Assembly (NCBI RefSeq): GCF_964213995.1
Contig: NC_135811.1
Location: 89,466,001 to 89,530,000 of the forward strand
Direction: 5' to 3'
DNA from: Mustelus asterias
Lineage: Eukaryota
Length of the DNA stretch: 64,000 nucleotides
This document shows, piece by piece, positions 23,633-36,756 of this stretch. Position 1 is the first letter of the stretch. The number at the start of each line of letters is the position of its first letter. Under the pieces are notes generated by a model, which did not search any database, was not told the DNA's origin, and saw only the letters and a list, made by a program, of their open reading frames with translations. The position numbers were made by a program, and so were the translations under genes.

Positions 23633-23858
23633 TGTTCTCGTAAACATCTTCCTATTTTGATTGCATAAACTGATGTCTTTAGTTGGTATCGGCATCGGAA
23701 GCACGGGCTTTCACACGTTTACTCTTACCACAAGGGACTGTGTAACTAGCTGCCTCCAGTTCTGAGTCCATGTTATACTGTAGTTCAATATTTTTGTAAG
23801 TATAGAAGATTGAATATCACAATGTGTTCAACTGCCTTTTTGTGGCCAAGTTACCCCA
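23633..23858 (+). repeat. 3' LTR
   Basis: Starts TGT right after the PPT, ends CA; homologous to 19891-20130. Confidence 0.85.
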
Positions 23859-25891
23859 AACCGTATATAACACAAATATTACTACGTGCAAAGAGTGAAG
23901 TTGTGTTTCGACATGAGACGTGGAATCATCTGCAGTATTATGTGTAATGATACCTGGACTGCATCTCAAGTTTTGGTATCATCTTAAATTGACAGATGTA
24001 ATCTAGTTTAATATTGTAAAGATTTTTTGATTTCTTATCAGCATTCTGATGGTTTTGGCTCAATAGGTTTATGCACTGAGTTTCACATCAGATAATATGA
24101 TGCATCATGCTTGTTGTTGCAGTGTTTTGCTTTGACATTTGTGTGTCCTGTTGAGGCAAGGGTTGTCCATTTTGCATTTCACTTTCATCACCTGCTTTCA
24201 GCATTGAGAACTCAGTACTGTAGAATATCGGTTCAACACAGCAACCTGAACAATTCTATTGAAGTGATATTCCTTAACCTATTCTTCAGAGGGATAACTC
24301 CATAAAGGACTAGTCTATCGATTTCTCGTATCAAACACCCTTTATTGATTTTCCTAATTTGGTTCTAATTTCTATTATAATATAGACCATTTTGTATGAT
24401 GCGCACAATGAGGTATTTGGTTTTCCTTTGGTGTCATTCTCTTTCCTTGCTTGTAAATTAGTTTATTGATCTTTAATCACAATTGAAGTTTGTTCAATTA
24501 TCAGCTGTGTTATACTGCTTTAGTGGTGTTTGAATACAAAATTGCTTTTATGAAACACACAAACTGAACTTGGGTAAATGTTCTAAGTTAGGGATGCTGG
24601 TGAGATAACTGTCATCAGCACATTTTGGAAAATTGCAGGCACATTGCCCACATTTCTCCAATACAGCTGACAGCAAGAAAGGTGTCTCACCATCAGTCTA
24701 GACTTGGAATATTTAATCCAAATCTTCACCTTTAGAATATCACTTTTTTTCAATGCAGTTAAAGGAACTTGACAATTTCAATTGCACGATAAATTGTTTA
24801 TTTGCTATTTTATATGATATTTACTGAGGAGCAGATCTTTACTGTATCTAACTACCTCAGTGATCTGATTGCCATGGCACATCTAGCTTTAGTGCATTTT
24901 TCATTTATAAAATTCGACACATTAAAAATTGTGCACCTATATACCATATACTTTTGAGAATATTTTGAGGCCTTTTCTTTGTCCATATAACTTCAATTCA
25001 GTCTACAGAAGGGTTAAGCTGAAACAGCGTATGGATTATTTTCTGATCGTCTTCAAAGGTTATAGGATTTACATCTTTTATTAATGCCTCCAGATAATTC
25101 CTTTTAAGGCACAATTTTAATTACTGTAATATATGTACAGCAGTTTATCAAGTTATTTTTATCTTAATCTAGGAGTGTGAAGTGGAATGAATATCATGCA
25201 TGAATAGCATGCAGTATCATTTTGATAATATGGAGTAAACCAACTTGTTTTGTTTTTCCTGTTGACACTTTCCTTGGGCATATTAACCCACGACTTTCTA
25301 TTCTTACAAAGCAGTATAATTTATTTACATGTTTTAATTGCAAGGTTAGAAATTCAATATCCAAACAATATAGTATTATTTTTCAGCAACACTGTTGTGG
25401 TGTACTCAGTTTTTTTACATTCAGAAAATGTGCTGCTGCAGATTTTTATTCAGCTTAGCATTGCTTTGTTGCTGTTCTGTTGTTACATTGAGTTTTTTTT
25501 TCTAATCTATCTTTGTGCATTGCGTTTGCTATTCAAAAATAGTTGGAGGTACAGGGCCAGCTGCAAGTAAAATACCTTGGCATTTTAAAATCATATACCT
25601 CACTGTAAGAATTATTTAATTGATATTTATTGAGAATTAGATCTGCGATATTTAACTTTTGAGTATTGAATAAGATTTTGCAACTTTCAGAATAAGTATG
25701 CTGAATTGACAATTGCCACCTGTAAAACAAAAATAGTTTGCATTTTTATTGTACCTTACTAATGTAACAAAATAGTTGATTTACAAGCATTATCAAACCG
25801 ATTTTGACACCAAGCAACGTAAGAATACAAGGCAGATGACCAAAAGCTTAGTCAAAGAGGTAGGCTTTAAGAAACATCTTTAATTTTGCTT

Positions 25892-26630
25892 TAATTTATT
25901 TACGGATGTGGGTGTTACTGGCTAGGCCAGCACTTATTGCCCATCCCTGATTGCTGTTGAGCGAGTGGTGATGAGCTGCTTTTTGAATCATTGCAGTCCC
26001 TGAGTTGTAGGTAGACTTACAGTGTTGTTAGGGAAGAAATTCCAGGATTTTAACCAAGCGACGGTGAAGGTATGACAATATGTTTCCAAGTCAGGAAGGT
26101 GAGTGACTTGGAGGGGAACCTCCAGATGGTGGTGTTCCCAGGTATCTGCTGCCCTTGTCCTTCTAGATAGTAGTGGTTGTGGATTTGGAAGGTGCTACCT
26201 AAGAAACCTTGGTGAGTTCCTGCAGTGCATCTTGAAGATGATACGCAGTGCTGCCACTGTTCATCGGTGGTGCTGTTCTTGAATGCTGTTGGAGTTGCAC
26301 TGATCCAGGCAAGGAAAAAGTATTCCATCACGCTCCTGACTTACTCCTTGTAGATGTTGGACAGGCTTTGGGGAATCAGGAGATGAGTTAGTTGCTGCAG
26401 AATTCCTAGCCCTTAACCTCCTCTTGCAGCTGTAGTATTTATATAACTAGTCCAGCCCATTTTCTGGTCACTGGTAACCCACAGGGTTTTGATAGTGTGG
26501 GATTTGGCAATGGTAATGCCATTGAATGTCAAGGGACGATGGTTAAATCCTCTCTTGTTGATGATGGTCATTGCCTGCCACTTGTGTGGCGGGAATGTTA
26601 CTTGCCACTTGTCAGCCCAAGCCTGGATAG
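25892..26630 (-). mobile_element. Family B LINE 3' fragment
   Basis: 'MEYFFLAWISATPTAFK' and the same tail as 8327-8424. Confidence 0.8.
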
Positions 26631-26689
26631 GAGAGAACTGAACTGGGGAGGCAGAGAGGTTTAGAGAGGGAATTCAAAAATCTGGGGGA

Positions 26690-27800
26690 GCGATTAGCAA
26701 CCTGCAGCTCGGGAATTGCATGTGACCACTGGGGTTTGATATGTGGCTCCTGAATGGATGTACCTTTCGAACATTGACCGAGTTTTCAGGGAATTGTTCC
26801 CCAATGCGTTCCCTTATTCAGAAACATAATCAACTCCCTAAAAATTCCTGTTTCCCGAATGCTTCACTGGGGAAAAATGATATCCTGCACTATTGTCCAC
26901 CATCCAGCCATGTGGGTTGTAGGAAGTCAAGCACAATAATCACTCACTGTGACCCTGGTTAGTCTGTTTGAAAATCTTGCGCAAAATGGCGCATTCTGAT
27001 TGGTCACCATATTTAGAGCTTGATTGATCGTGATCAGTATCAATAGGTTAGCACTCCACAATTGGTTGAATGTACAAGTAAGATGCTGAGTTGTCAATTG
27101 TGACATAAGTGCCCATGATGCTATGCTGGTGAGCACATACAGGCAGGCACATTAATCAATAAAAGAGTGTACTCTGGTGCTGAGGCATGTAGTTCATGCA
27201 GGTATACAGATAAATAATTGAAGGACGAAACTTAGTCCGGTTCTTGTTTTGAGACTGTTCTGAAAATGGTTGCAAAGAAGAGAAGGATTGTAAGAGGAAA
27301 ATTGAGGATTTCAAGATAAATGAACTAATTAATTTGCATTCATCCCATATTAGGCTGACTTCCCTGTGTCTCACATTTGCAATGAGAAATTCACCATCAA
27401 GAAGAATTTAAATCTTAAGCGACAATTCGCTAAAAAGCACAGTCCTTAGCTGAAAGTTGTTCAGTTGGAGTTGAAGACAAGGCCGAGAAATCTAGGAACT
27501 CCTTTGCCAATTGGCTGAAATCATTAGGTAGCTCAATTACTATTTTTGTGGCTACTCAAGATTGTTAAAGAGGAATTCTGTTCGCCGATGGTGAATATGT
27601 GAAAAGAATGCTTTACCAAGGTCTCAGGGCAGTTGTACCGTGATTTTAAAAATTAAAATGAACTTAATCAAAAAGTTAAAGACAAAATAGCCACAGATGT
27701 ACATTCAGTTCCACGCATTTCATAAAAAGCAAGTTTAAGAAGCCAATTGAACAATGAAAATTTGCAGTCCTGCTTGAAAATGAAAACAACAGCATACTGT
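26690..27800 (+). mobile_element. hAT/Charlie (GTF2IRD2/SPIN-like) transposon fossil: left end and transposase N-terminus
   Basis: Left end 'gcaacctgcagctcggg..catgtg..tgtggctc'; frameshifted peptides 'MVAKKRRIV..GFQDK', 'ICNEKFTIKKNLNLKRQFAKKH', 'RGILFADGEYVK' and 'ECFTKVSGQLYRDFKN' matching Charlie-type transposases. Confidence 0.75.
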
Positions 27801-29394
27801 CCAGATAGCAAATGCCTTTCCACGGAAATCCAGCAGCAGAAATTGCGTTAATGTAAGAATTTATTTCTCATTTAAGTCTGGAATTAATAGTTTGTTTCAT
27901 TGTTTTAAACATTACTCGAGAAAGCATTAATCAAATAGCAAAGTCTAGTGAAAATCTTTAAAGTGTTTATCACCAAATGTTCTCTTTGATAATAGCACAT
28001 GTACGTTTAAAAGCGGCAGAAAAGGTGTAGTGGCTTAAAATCATGAATGCTTGTGAGGCTACAATTGGTGAGCACAGAGATCTCTGGGGAGAAAGGGAGG
28101 GGCTTTATGGCTGAAGGAAGGAGGCCATGGAGTGATTTGAAAGCAAGAACTAGAAGTATAAAATCGAGGCATTGCTTAATCAAAAGTCAGCGTAGTTCAA
28201 CAAGCACTGGAAAAATGAGTGAGCAGACTTTGAGAGTTATGACATGGGCAGCAGAGTTTTGAATGATCAAGTTTTCGGAGAACAGAAGTAATAAGAGTTT
28301 TGACCTTATTTTTGTTGAGTGTTTCAAAATAAGTCATTAAATTTGCATTGTTCCCTTTGGCTTTGTTTTTAATGTTAGTTTTTTTTTTAACTAGAAATAT
28401 TCCATTTCTAGGATCCACATTCAGTTGTACCAATGAATAATAAATTGCAAGAAACCAATGTTTTTGGGGCATTCATCTGGCTGCTTTGCAAGCATTTATT
28501 ATGGAAGTAAATTGAGTTTTGCTGCTGATCTCTTTTGCCCCAGCTGATTGCATACATTAACATTAGGCAATGAAAGGGCTACATAAGTATGTTGGCATCA
28601 TTTTGAACTGAAGCTGTATTATTACCAGAACAACATTCATTCGTCCTGCTGTATACTGAGCTTTCTAATCCCTATAATGTTACACTTCTTCCCAGAGTAA
28701 AACCACAGTCAACCCTGGATCCTTAGATAAGAAAATCATGCTGTACACTTCACACTGATAACATCTGCATGTGCCAAGGCTTAGCACTGATGGATAGATG
28801 TTAGCAGGTTAATATCAGGAACAGCTGATATCCCCCGCTAAGTACATTTCTTGCAAGCCAATCTCTTTCCCTGCCAGGAATGAAATTCTGGCTTGAAACC
28901 AGAACAGTGTTTACACGATGGTACCTCAGGAATTACACCATTCCAAATGTTGCTCTTGATCTATGGACATTGTGCTAGCCTGATTCTAGAGTGTACAATT
29001 TACAATAATTCATGCGAACATTATGATCTTCAGTTGATTCCTCACTGGGCTTGGTCTGCCATCAAAATAGCTCAACCTTGGAATTCTATCATCTAACTTT
29101 AAAAGGCAGCCAAAAAATGTTGAAACTCCAAATTAATTCTAAACCATTTAAGCAGATGTACAGTTTATGATTAGGTCCTATTAAGATCAATTTTTATTAT
29201 GGAAGATTTATCACTAAAATGGTCTGTTGTCACGTCTGAAACACTGCATTCTAATATTTTTTAATACTTGCAACGTCTACTGGGGGCCCAATACCTTTCC
29301 ACCCTATTATACAAGTTAAGTATGTAATGTTTGCCGCAATTTAGATATCACTGTCTAATATAAATTACATGTCACACTTTTCAAGGTAGTATCA

Positions 29395-29600
29395 ACAGAC
29401 AAAGACAGTTGTTGGCTATGTATGGGGTGGTGGAGGTAGGTTCAATCGAGACATTCAAAAGAGAATTGGATTGCAATATGAAAAGAATGTGCAAGATTAT
29501 GTGGATAAGGCAGGGAGTGGGGATGAGGTGGAATATTCTTTGAGAGCCAGTGCAGACTCAATGGGCCAAATAACCTCCTTAACTGTAAAGACTGTGATAT
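29395..29600 (+). mobile_element. Old CR1 3' end
   Basis: 'ggtggtggaggtaggttcaatcgagacattcaaaagagaattgga..atgggccaaataacctcctt'. Confidence 0.6.
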
Positions 29601-29639
29601 AGAAAATGTTTCCAGTAAAACAATTACCTGCGATACGTT

Positions 29640-30309
29640 GGGCCAGATTTTGCAATAAGAATAATAGTGAGATTACCAGTACCTCTGTTAATATTGACTA
29701 AGGTGGACAGCAACTTCCAGTATATGCTCGCTGTTGAGAACAAAGTTGCCCTGTGCTATGACAGTAACGTACTGAGAGGCAAACTGTTGAAATCCAGGTA
29801 AGCTCATGGAATTACGGTACGTACTTGTCCACTAAACGTGTCAGAAAAAGTTAGGGTTGGTACATTCAGATGTGTTTGTTTCATGGCGTGTTAAGTCATA
29901 ATTACTTTTGAACAACCTCTCTAGTCTTGACAATTTAATCTTAGAGTGGAGACTCATTCCTTCAAAATTTAAGAAGTTTTGGACATTTTATAAATTTTAT
30001 TTCCTGTGTCTCTTTTATCTCTCCCTATCTTTCTTTTTCAATCTTTAGTTTGCTTTCTGATTTAAGTTTCATTTATTATTTCTGGTTGCACTTCCTGGTT
30101 TAGGTTCTGCATCCCGCAGTGAGGATTCTTAAAGTTGAAGGGCCTTGCACAGCCCATACACTACAGATCTCCAGTAGAGGGCAACTATGCTGCATCAAGT
30201 ACCTGACTAGAACAATTCTCTCCCTAAAAGTCTGAAAGTACCCTGGACAGCTGTTCACATAGTGAATGGCAAGTGTCATTCTTTTGCTGTTGATCAGAAA
30301 ATCTGGACC
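29640..30309. mobile_element. MITE, PIF/Harbinger-like ends
   Basis: TIRs GGGCCAGATTTT ... AAAATCTGGACC; related fragments near 3920-4360, 15100-15420 and 17190-17630. Confidence 0.6.
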
Positions 30310-31659
30310 ATTTTATGCTGTTAAATAATTTGGAATAATTGCAGTGTTCTCATTTCCAGCCTGAATAACAGTTAACCATTGAAAGAACCCAACCCCATTC
30401 AACCAGATAGGACTGCCTTTAAGCTTAGTACATTTGCTTTGCATGGCTTGGTGCATTGTGTTCAGAATCAGCTACTTAAAAGTTCTCTTTAGTTTTTTCT
30501 CCATATTTAAAGTCCCAGACTGGTTTTTTAAAAAAGTGTAAAGCTGATCCTTAAAATTTGGCTGTTTGTGTTTTTATCTATTCAAGCATTTGAAATTTCA
30601 AATATTATCTCATTATGATATTCCAAACTTGCTCCAGCTTTGTTTTGGAAATTTGATTGTCCTTTTTTACTCCTCAAACAAGATTTTTCTCTCCTTGTTG
30701 GCTCATTTTACGAACTGTCATGAAGCATTAATTCTGAATTTGCCGATGTCTTAATAGTAACACTGACTTCTGACTGCCTTTGTAACAGACATGTTTTCTT
30801 TCTCTGTGAACCAGATTTCGTCTCACACTCTGACCTCAGCATGGTTTTCTCTAATATATCAACCATATAAAAACTATTTCTTCCTAATCTTTTAATTTAT
30901 GGCCCATTGTTCACTAAATTGAGCCTCGAGTGGATTGACCAACTTTCTCTTGTCGCAGATGGCAATCTTTAGAATCTGGGCCTGGAAAGGAAACTTTTTA
31001 ATGCGCAAATTATTCCAGTTTTGATGTGTGAGCAAATAAAAGATGAGCTGTAAAAACCTCTTCCTTAAATTCCTTGATTTAACCTCCGATCCCTGTTTTA
31101 TTTTCTTCCTTTTAAACCTTCTGTTTGCTCCTCCACTGAATTCCCACTCTCACCAAATTCCAGTTTTGCTCTCGACTTGATCAACATCAGACTATTTCGA
31201 CAGCAGTGATCCCTGCCACCAAGAGCAACAACGTTGTGGGAACACCATCACCTCCTCATTATTCCTCATTTTTGTAATCTGGACATTGATTATCAGTCCT
31301 TTATTGTCATTGGTTCACTATTGTGGAATTGACTCCTTCATGTTGCTGCAGGAGTACAGTTAGCATTCAGACTGCAGTAGTTTAAGGAAAACGGCCTCCC
31401 AACACCTTCCCTGGGCAACTGGGAGAAGATAACGAATGTAAATTTACCACTGATGCCCTCATCCCACAAACAAAGTTTTTAGAAAGTTGAAGTCACTCAG
31501 CAAGGTAGTAGCCTGCAGTTCCCAATATCTATCAGCTATGTGTTCTAATTGACTTAACATTTTTTTAAAGTAATGGCGGTTCGTTACCCCAGCTGTATTT
31601 GTTTTATTTTTGTCTATCTTGGAATTTGAAAACAAAACTATTCTGATGATCAGTGGCAG

Positions 31660-32277
31660 AATACAAAGAACAGTACAGCACAGGAAACAGGCCCTTCGGC
31701 CCTCCAAGCCTGTGCCGCTCCTTGGTCCAACTAGACCAATCGTTTGTATCCCTCCATTCCCAAGCTGCTCATGTGACTATCCAGGTAAGTCTTAAACGAT
31801 GTCAGCGTGCCTGCCTCCACCACCTTACATGGCAGCGCATTCCAGGCCCCCACCACCCTCTGTGTAAAAAACATCCCTCTAACATCTGAGTTATACTTCG
31901 CCCCTCTCACCTTGAGCCCGTGACCCCTCATGAACGTCACTTCTGATCTGGGAAAAAGCTTCCCACCGTTCACCCTATCTATCCCCTTCATAATCTTGTA
32001 TACCTCTATTAGATCTCCCCTCATTCTCCGTCTTTCCAGGGAGAACAACCCCAGTTTACCCAATCTCTCCTCATAGCTAAGACCCTCCATACCAGGCAAC
32101 ATCCTGGTAAACCTTCTCTGCACTCTCTCTAACGCCTCCACGTCCTTCTGGTAGTGCGGCGACCAGAACTGGACGCAGTACTCCAAATGTGGCCTAACCA
32201 GCGTTCTATACAGCTGCATCATCAGACTCCAGCTTTTATACTCTATACCCCGTCCTATAAAGGCAAGCATACCATAT
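31660..32277 (-). mobile_element. Young CR1 3' fragment
   Basis: Open 179-aa ORF 31731-32270 'LYRTLVRPHLEYCVQFWSP...FFTQRVVGAWNALP'; CpGs retained. Confidence 0.95.
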
Positions 32278-33489
32278 TCCGGAAGGGCTAGAAATTTGGA
32301 GGGGGATTTTGAATCACAACTCCGAAGTTAAACATCTTTCGGAATCTTTTGGCAATGTTAAGTGTGATTGCAAAAATACTTGATTTAAAAAAGAAAAGAT
32401 TCAAATGAGCTTAATCAGTGGTTGAATGTTTCTTTGCCTTTGTTAGGCAAAAGCACACCCTAAACAGATATAGCAAAGAGCTGCTCCTAGTTATTATGTG
32501 CAGCACTTTATTTATTTGTAGATTTGATATGAAAGGAAAGCATATGTTTTCAAAGTTGCAGTGAGGAAATATATTTTTGATTGAAAAAATGCTTCATTGT
32601 ATTTGTGGCAATGCCTCACAAACTTAATTCAAAATTCTTTAGATATAGATGTGCAGCTTTCTCCACTGCAACACCCCAGCATTCTTTTGTAACAGCATAG
32701 CCTCTGACCACAATGTAATGGAGTTTCCCTTTGCTCTGGAGTTCCCTCCATAAATAACTGCTTCTCTACCGCTTTGTCTTCCTTTCAGATGTTCCTTAAA
32801 ACCCATCACTTGGGCTATGTTTTTGTTATCTGATCTAAGTTAGGTGGCTTGGTGTCAAATTTTGTCTGGTGATTGCTCCTGTGAAGTGCCTTGAAACATT
32901 TTATTTTGTTAAAAATGCTTTGTATGTACCCAAGTTGTTGCTAGTGGAAAGTTGAAGATTCCAAAATTCAGAGATCTTTGAGATTCAATTAGTTTTGAAA
33001 CCTGAGCAGTTTTGCAGCAGCCTAGTTTGAGGTAGTTTGCTCACTGAATGTTTGAAGCACTTCCCTGTTTCCAAACTAGATTTATTTTACTGCTACTTGT
33101 GTGCAAAAAGTGGTTTCTATCAGTGCTGCATATTGCAACATGACATGGAGGCCTTCCAGTAGGTTCCTCCTTGTTGCTTCATTTCCTTAAGTTCTCTTTG
33201 CCCTTTTTAGATGTGGCATCAAACCACAATACATTTACTGGACTTGCTGTGGTACTTCAAAGATCATTGTTAGAGAATGCTTCTGCTTTGAATACACATT
33301 ATCACTACCACAGAGCAGTATGCTAATTAACGCTTCTGCTGCCACCAGCTGACAGCTAAATTTAAACTTCCATATGCAGACAGCTGTTGCTATATTAATC
33401 ACACTAATGCTTTCTCCTCACGGTCCACTAAAAATGAAACATTGGCAGTGATGTGTGTTTTAAAACACCATAAACTGTAGCTGTCTTGA

Positions 33490-33875
33490 TAACTCAGCTA
33501 GTGAAGACAGTGATTGGCTTAACAATATATACAGACTGGGAAGGTCCCACGTTTGATTTCTATTCTCTGCTGAATTAGGGTGATTTTAGCCAGTGTTTTA
33601 ATTAGGGTGCTACAATTGGCATCTGCGTTCCTGGGTTAGGGAAGAAAAGTTTTGACTTGATTTTCTACACTGTTTAAAGCCTGGTGACTGCTGCAATTGT
33701 GAATATGTGGACAGGATGGGCTTGACAGTTATGACCCGCACAGTTGACTAGACACCCAACACACACTGTCTTGGTTCACAATGAAGAATGAATGCTTGGA
33801 TAAAGTGGTGGAGGGTGATCTACACATGTGGAACCCTACTGCAGCAATTAGTCAATCTCTTCAGGCGAAGGAGTT
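33490..33875 (+). mobile_element. AmnSINE2-like ancient SINE
   Basis: Collinear with my recalled AmnSINE2 consensus: 'atacagactgggaaggtccca..ctgctgaattag..gtgctacaattggc..cctgggttaggga..ggacaggat..cactgtcttggttcaca.atgaagaatg..gtggaacc'. Confidence 0.6.
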
Positions 33876-35960
33876 GAACAGGTTGATGGTAACTTATCCA
33901 TGGAATAATACTGTGGAGCAATCCAAATTGACATCTAAAATTAGTTAAATTTCTGCTAAGAACTTGTCTTAAAGATGATAAATGGATAGATATTTACAGA
34001 ATTCAGAATCATAAATATTTTTGGCATAAAGGAGAAGGAGAAAAAGTGTGATGCCTCTATTCCTTTGTCAATAGGTTTGATATTTGAAGATACCAGAACA
34101 GAGTTATGATGCTGATTGCAACCAGTCTCAGGCCAAACAGTGGGGAAAGGAGTGCTCTCTATGTATGCTTGGAAGTACTTACAGAGCACTTCTGACAATG
34201 TTGGAGAGGGCAAGAAGGGACTTGAACACTCTTTGAAACGTAGCTTCATGTTGGGAGTTAAAGTACGCGAGACACAAAGACCAAGTAGTATGAAACTGTC
34301 ATGGATGTATTCCCACAATTCTTTCACATTGATTTAGCTGCTGAATTATACTGCCCTTTGAGCATTGGTGCACACGCAAAAGGACTCCACATTGGCATGA
34401 AAGTTGGAGAGCAATAAAATTTATACCTTCCTTACTTGCGTAGTTTTGAACAGCAAGAAAGATCAAAGCAAAACTCAAAACTTCTGAAGCAGGCAAAAAG
34501 GAAAGCTAAAGCAGCCACCAGTACTGATTTTTCCAACAGCTGGATAGCTAATATTAGTTAATCAGTCAAAAATGTTGGCAAAATAACAAAAATGTCTCAA
34601 CTTCTGTAATTTGTGGGAATGCAAGAAGTTTGAGGCAAATCCTATCTGTGGAATCCCAGGCATTGCTCATAACTGCTTGTTAAGTAGTCCAAAGTAGAAC
34701 TGTATTCCTGATAAGAGGGCCCCTCACAGCTGTTGCAGCTAATAGATCTTGATAAGATACTGAATACTTTTTTGTAAAGCAGACAAACAAATTGATAAGC
34801 AAATAATTTCCTTGCTTTTGTTAGATAGGTGACAATGTGAGTAGTTACCAGGAAAGCAATTTGAACACCAATGGCAACAACCTTTCAATTAAAACATTAG
34901 CATATTAAGAATATTGTTTTGCTGCAGAACCTTGTGTTTATTTTGATTCAAGTCTGAAATGATCTAATAAATCAACTGATGAAAATATGAGCACTCAAAA
35001 TGTAACTTTGCATGTAGATTTCATATTTTGTGATAGAATTCCCATAAGACATGTATTTTTCTCTGAAGCAGGTTAGTATTTTCAAAGTTTATAGCTTTGT
35101 CTAATATTACATCACTAAGTACCAAATAAATTTGAATCCTTTCACTACTCATCCAAAATATTGTAGAATGTTATTGAATTCTGGTTAAGAAATACTTTCT
35201 TGTTCTGTTTGTAAAGAGAAATAATATGCCTTCAAAAACCTTAATGCTTTTATGAAAGCAATAATTTCATTATCCACACAGAGAATCTTGTGTTGGGTCT
35301 TTTTGTCTGTTGTATTGCTTTTGTGGCATAATGTCCAATACATCCTGGAGCAACCCCATTAAGAGCATAATAAGAGAGGCCAGGAGCAGAGCAACATAAA
35401 GGCAGAAATCGGGGGTACAGCAGAGTTGTGGAAAAGGAGAGTCAGGGAACAGAGTGGAGCAGTGTAAAAGGGGAGGTTGGGAACAAGCTGTCTCTCTGGC
35501 TGTAAGTCTGAACTAAACGGGAGGGGAAAAAAACATGAGTGTCATCACAGGACAGAGTCACATGGGTAAATATGCTGGTAAGCTTTTAATTTAATTTGAG
35601 TTAATCAACTATAAAGTAAAAAGTGCATTTAATTAGAATTATTAAAAACTAAAGCCAATTTAATAATTTATCATATAATTACAATCTGTGTTCAATTAAT
35701 TAGTTAGATTTGGGGGATAAAGTTAAAATTAAATACCATGGGGTACTAAAACTAAAGGATTTTGAATTTTTTGGTAAATTAAAATCTGAGAAACATATGT
35801 AATAAGAGTTAATAAAAACATGTTAACCTCCCTATAAATAAAGTGGCATCAGCACAAAGTAAGGAATTGATTGGTGTGTCTTTATTTATTTAAGGCTTAA
35901 GTTGCTTTTTGTTAAGTCAGTTAATAGTCTAATAATTATAGACAAGTGTAGAAATCTTTA

Positions 35961-36384
35961 ATTTGATTTATTATTGTCACATGTATTAACATACAATGAA
36001 AAGTATTGTTTCTTGCACGCTGTACAGACAAAGCATACCGTTCATAGAGAAGGAAACAAGAGAGTGCAGAATGTAGTGTTACAGTCTTGGCTAGGGTGTA
36101 GAGAAAGATCAACTTAATGTGAGGTAAGTCCATTCAAAAGTCTGACAGCAGCAGGGAAGAAGCTGTTCTTGAGTCAATTGGTACCTGACCTCAGACTTTT
36201 GTATCTTTTTCCCGACGGAAGAAGGTGGAAGAGAGAATGTGTGGGGTCCTTAATTATGCTGGTTGCTTTGCCAAGGCAGTGGGAAGTATAGACAGAGTCA
36301 ATTGATGGGAGCCTGGTTTGCATGATGAATTGGGCTACATTCATGACCTTTTGTAGTTCCTTGTGGTGTTGGGCAGAGCAGGAG
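35961..36384 (-). mobile_element. Rex1/Babar LINE 3' fragment
   Basis: Closely similar to 2631-3060; end on minus 'ttttcattgtatgttaatacatgtgacaataataaatcaaat'. Confidence 0.85.
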
Positions 36385-36756
36385 TCTCATGGAGAATCTC
36401 AGTTTCATGGAGTACACACCATGTACCATGTGGGAATTCCAGGATGCTTGACCATGTCCTGTATAACCCTATGTTTTGGACATGTTATCAGCTGGGGCAA
36501 CTTGAACTGTAGGGTTTGGAGCTTGAGTGGCAGCTATGGTTACTCATGAGGCTGAGAATTTTGTGGTTAGCACGCTTCTAGCTATGTTCACCCTGCAGCT
36601 TATGAGTATGTAAGCAGAATGGAAATAGGTGGCTGCCAGACAGTGTAGGAGTCCCTGGAGTGCATCTCATCTCCAACTGGTATTGTTCTGAATACCGGTG
36701 AGAGTGATAGTTCCTCTGGGGACTCCAGTCAGAACAAAGTTGACATCACCACGACT

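Larger units (their letters stand above)
19891..23858 (+). mobile_element. Gypsy LTR retrotransposon, internally deleted and decayed
   Basis: LTRs 19891-20130 and 23633-23858; PBS-like TGGCGATTGAG at 20137; PPT aagggggtagaag before the 3' LTR; gag knuckles 'CFRCGGTH..C...CNQTGHFTKKC'; protease 'MEVDTSTS'; RT start 'VRICGDYKLTIN..DAYPLP'; integrase 'RSYVWWPNM..CCSCQ' and 'HPTSNGLAEQAVQTLK'. Confidence 0.93.

Noticed and set aside
33956-34496. Overlapping ORFs of 65-123 aa
   Set aside because: No recognisable domain or convincing splice sites; could be a very old element but I cannot support a call.
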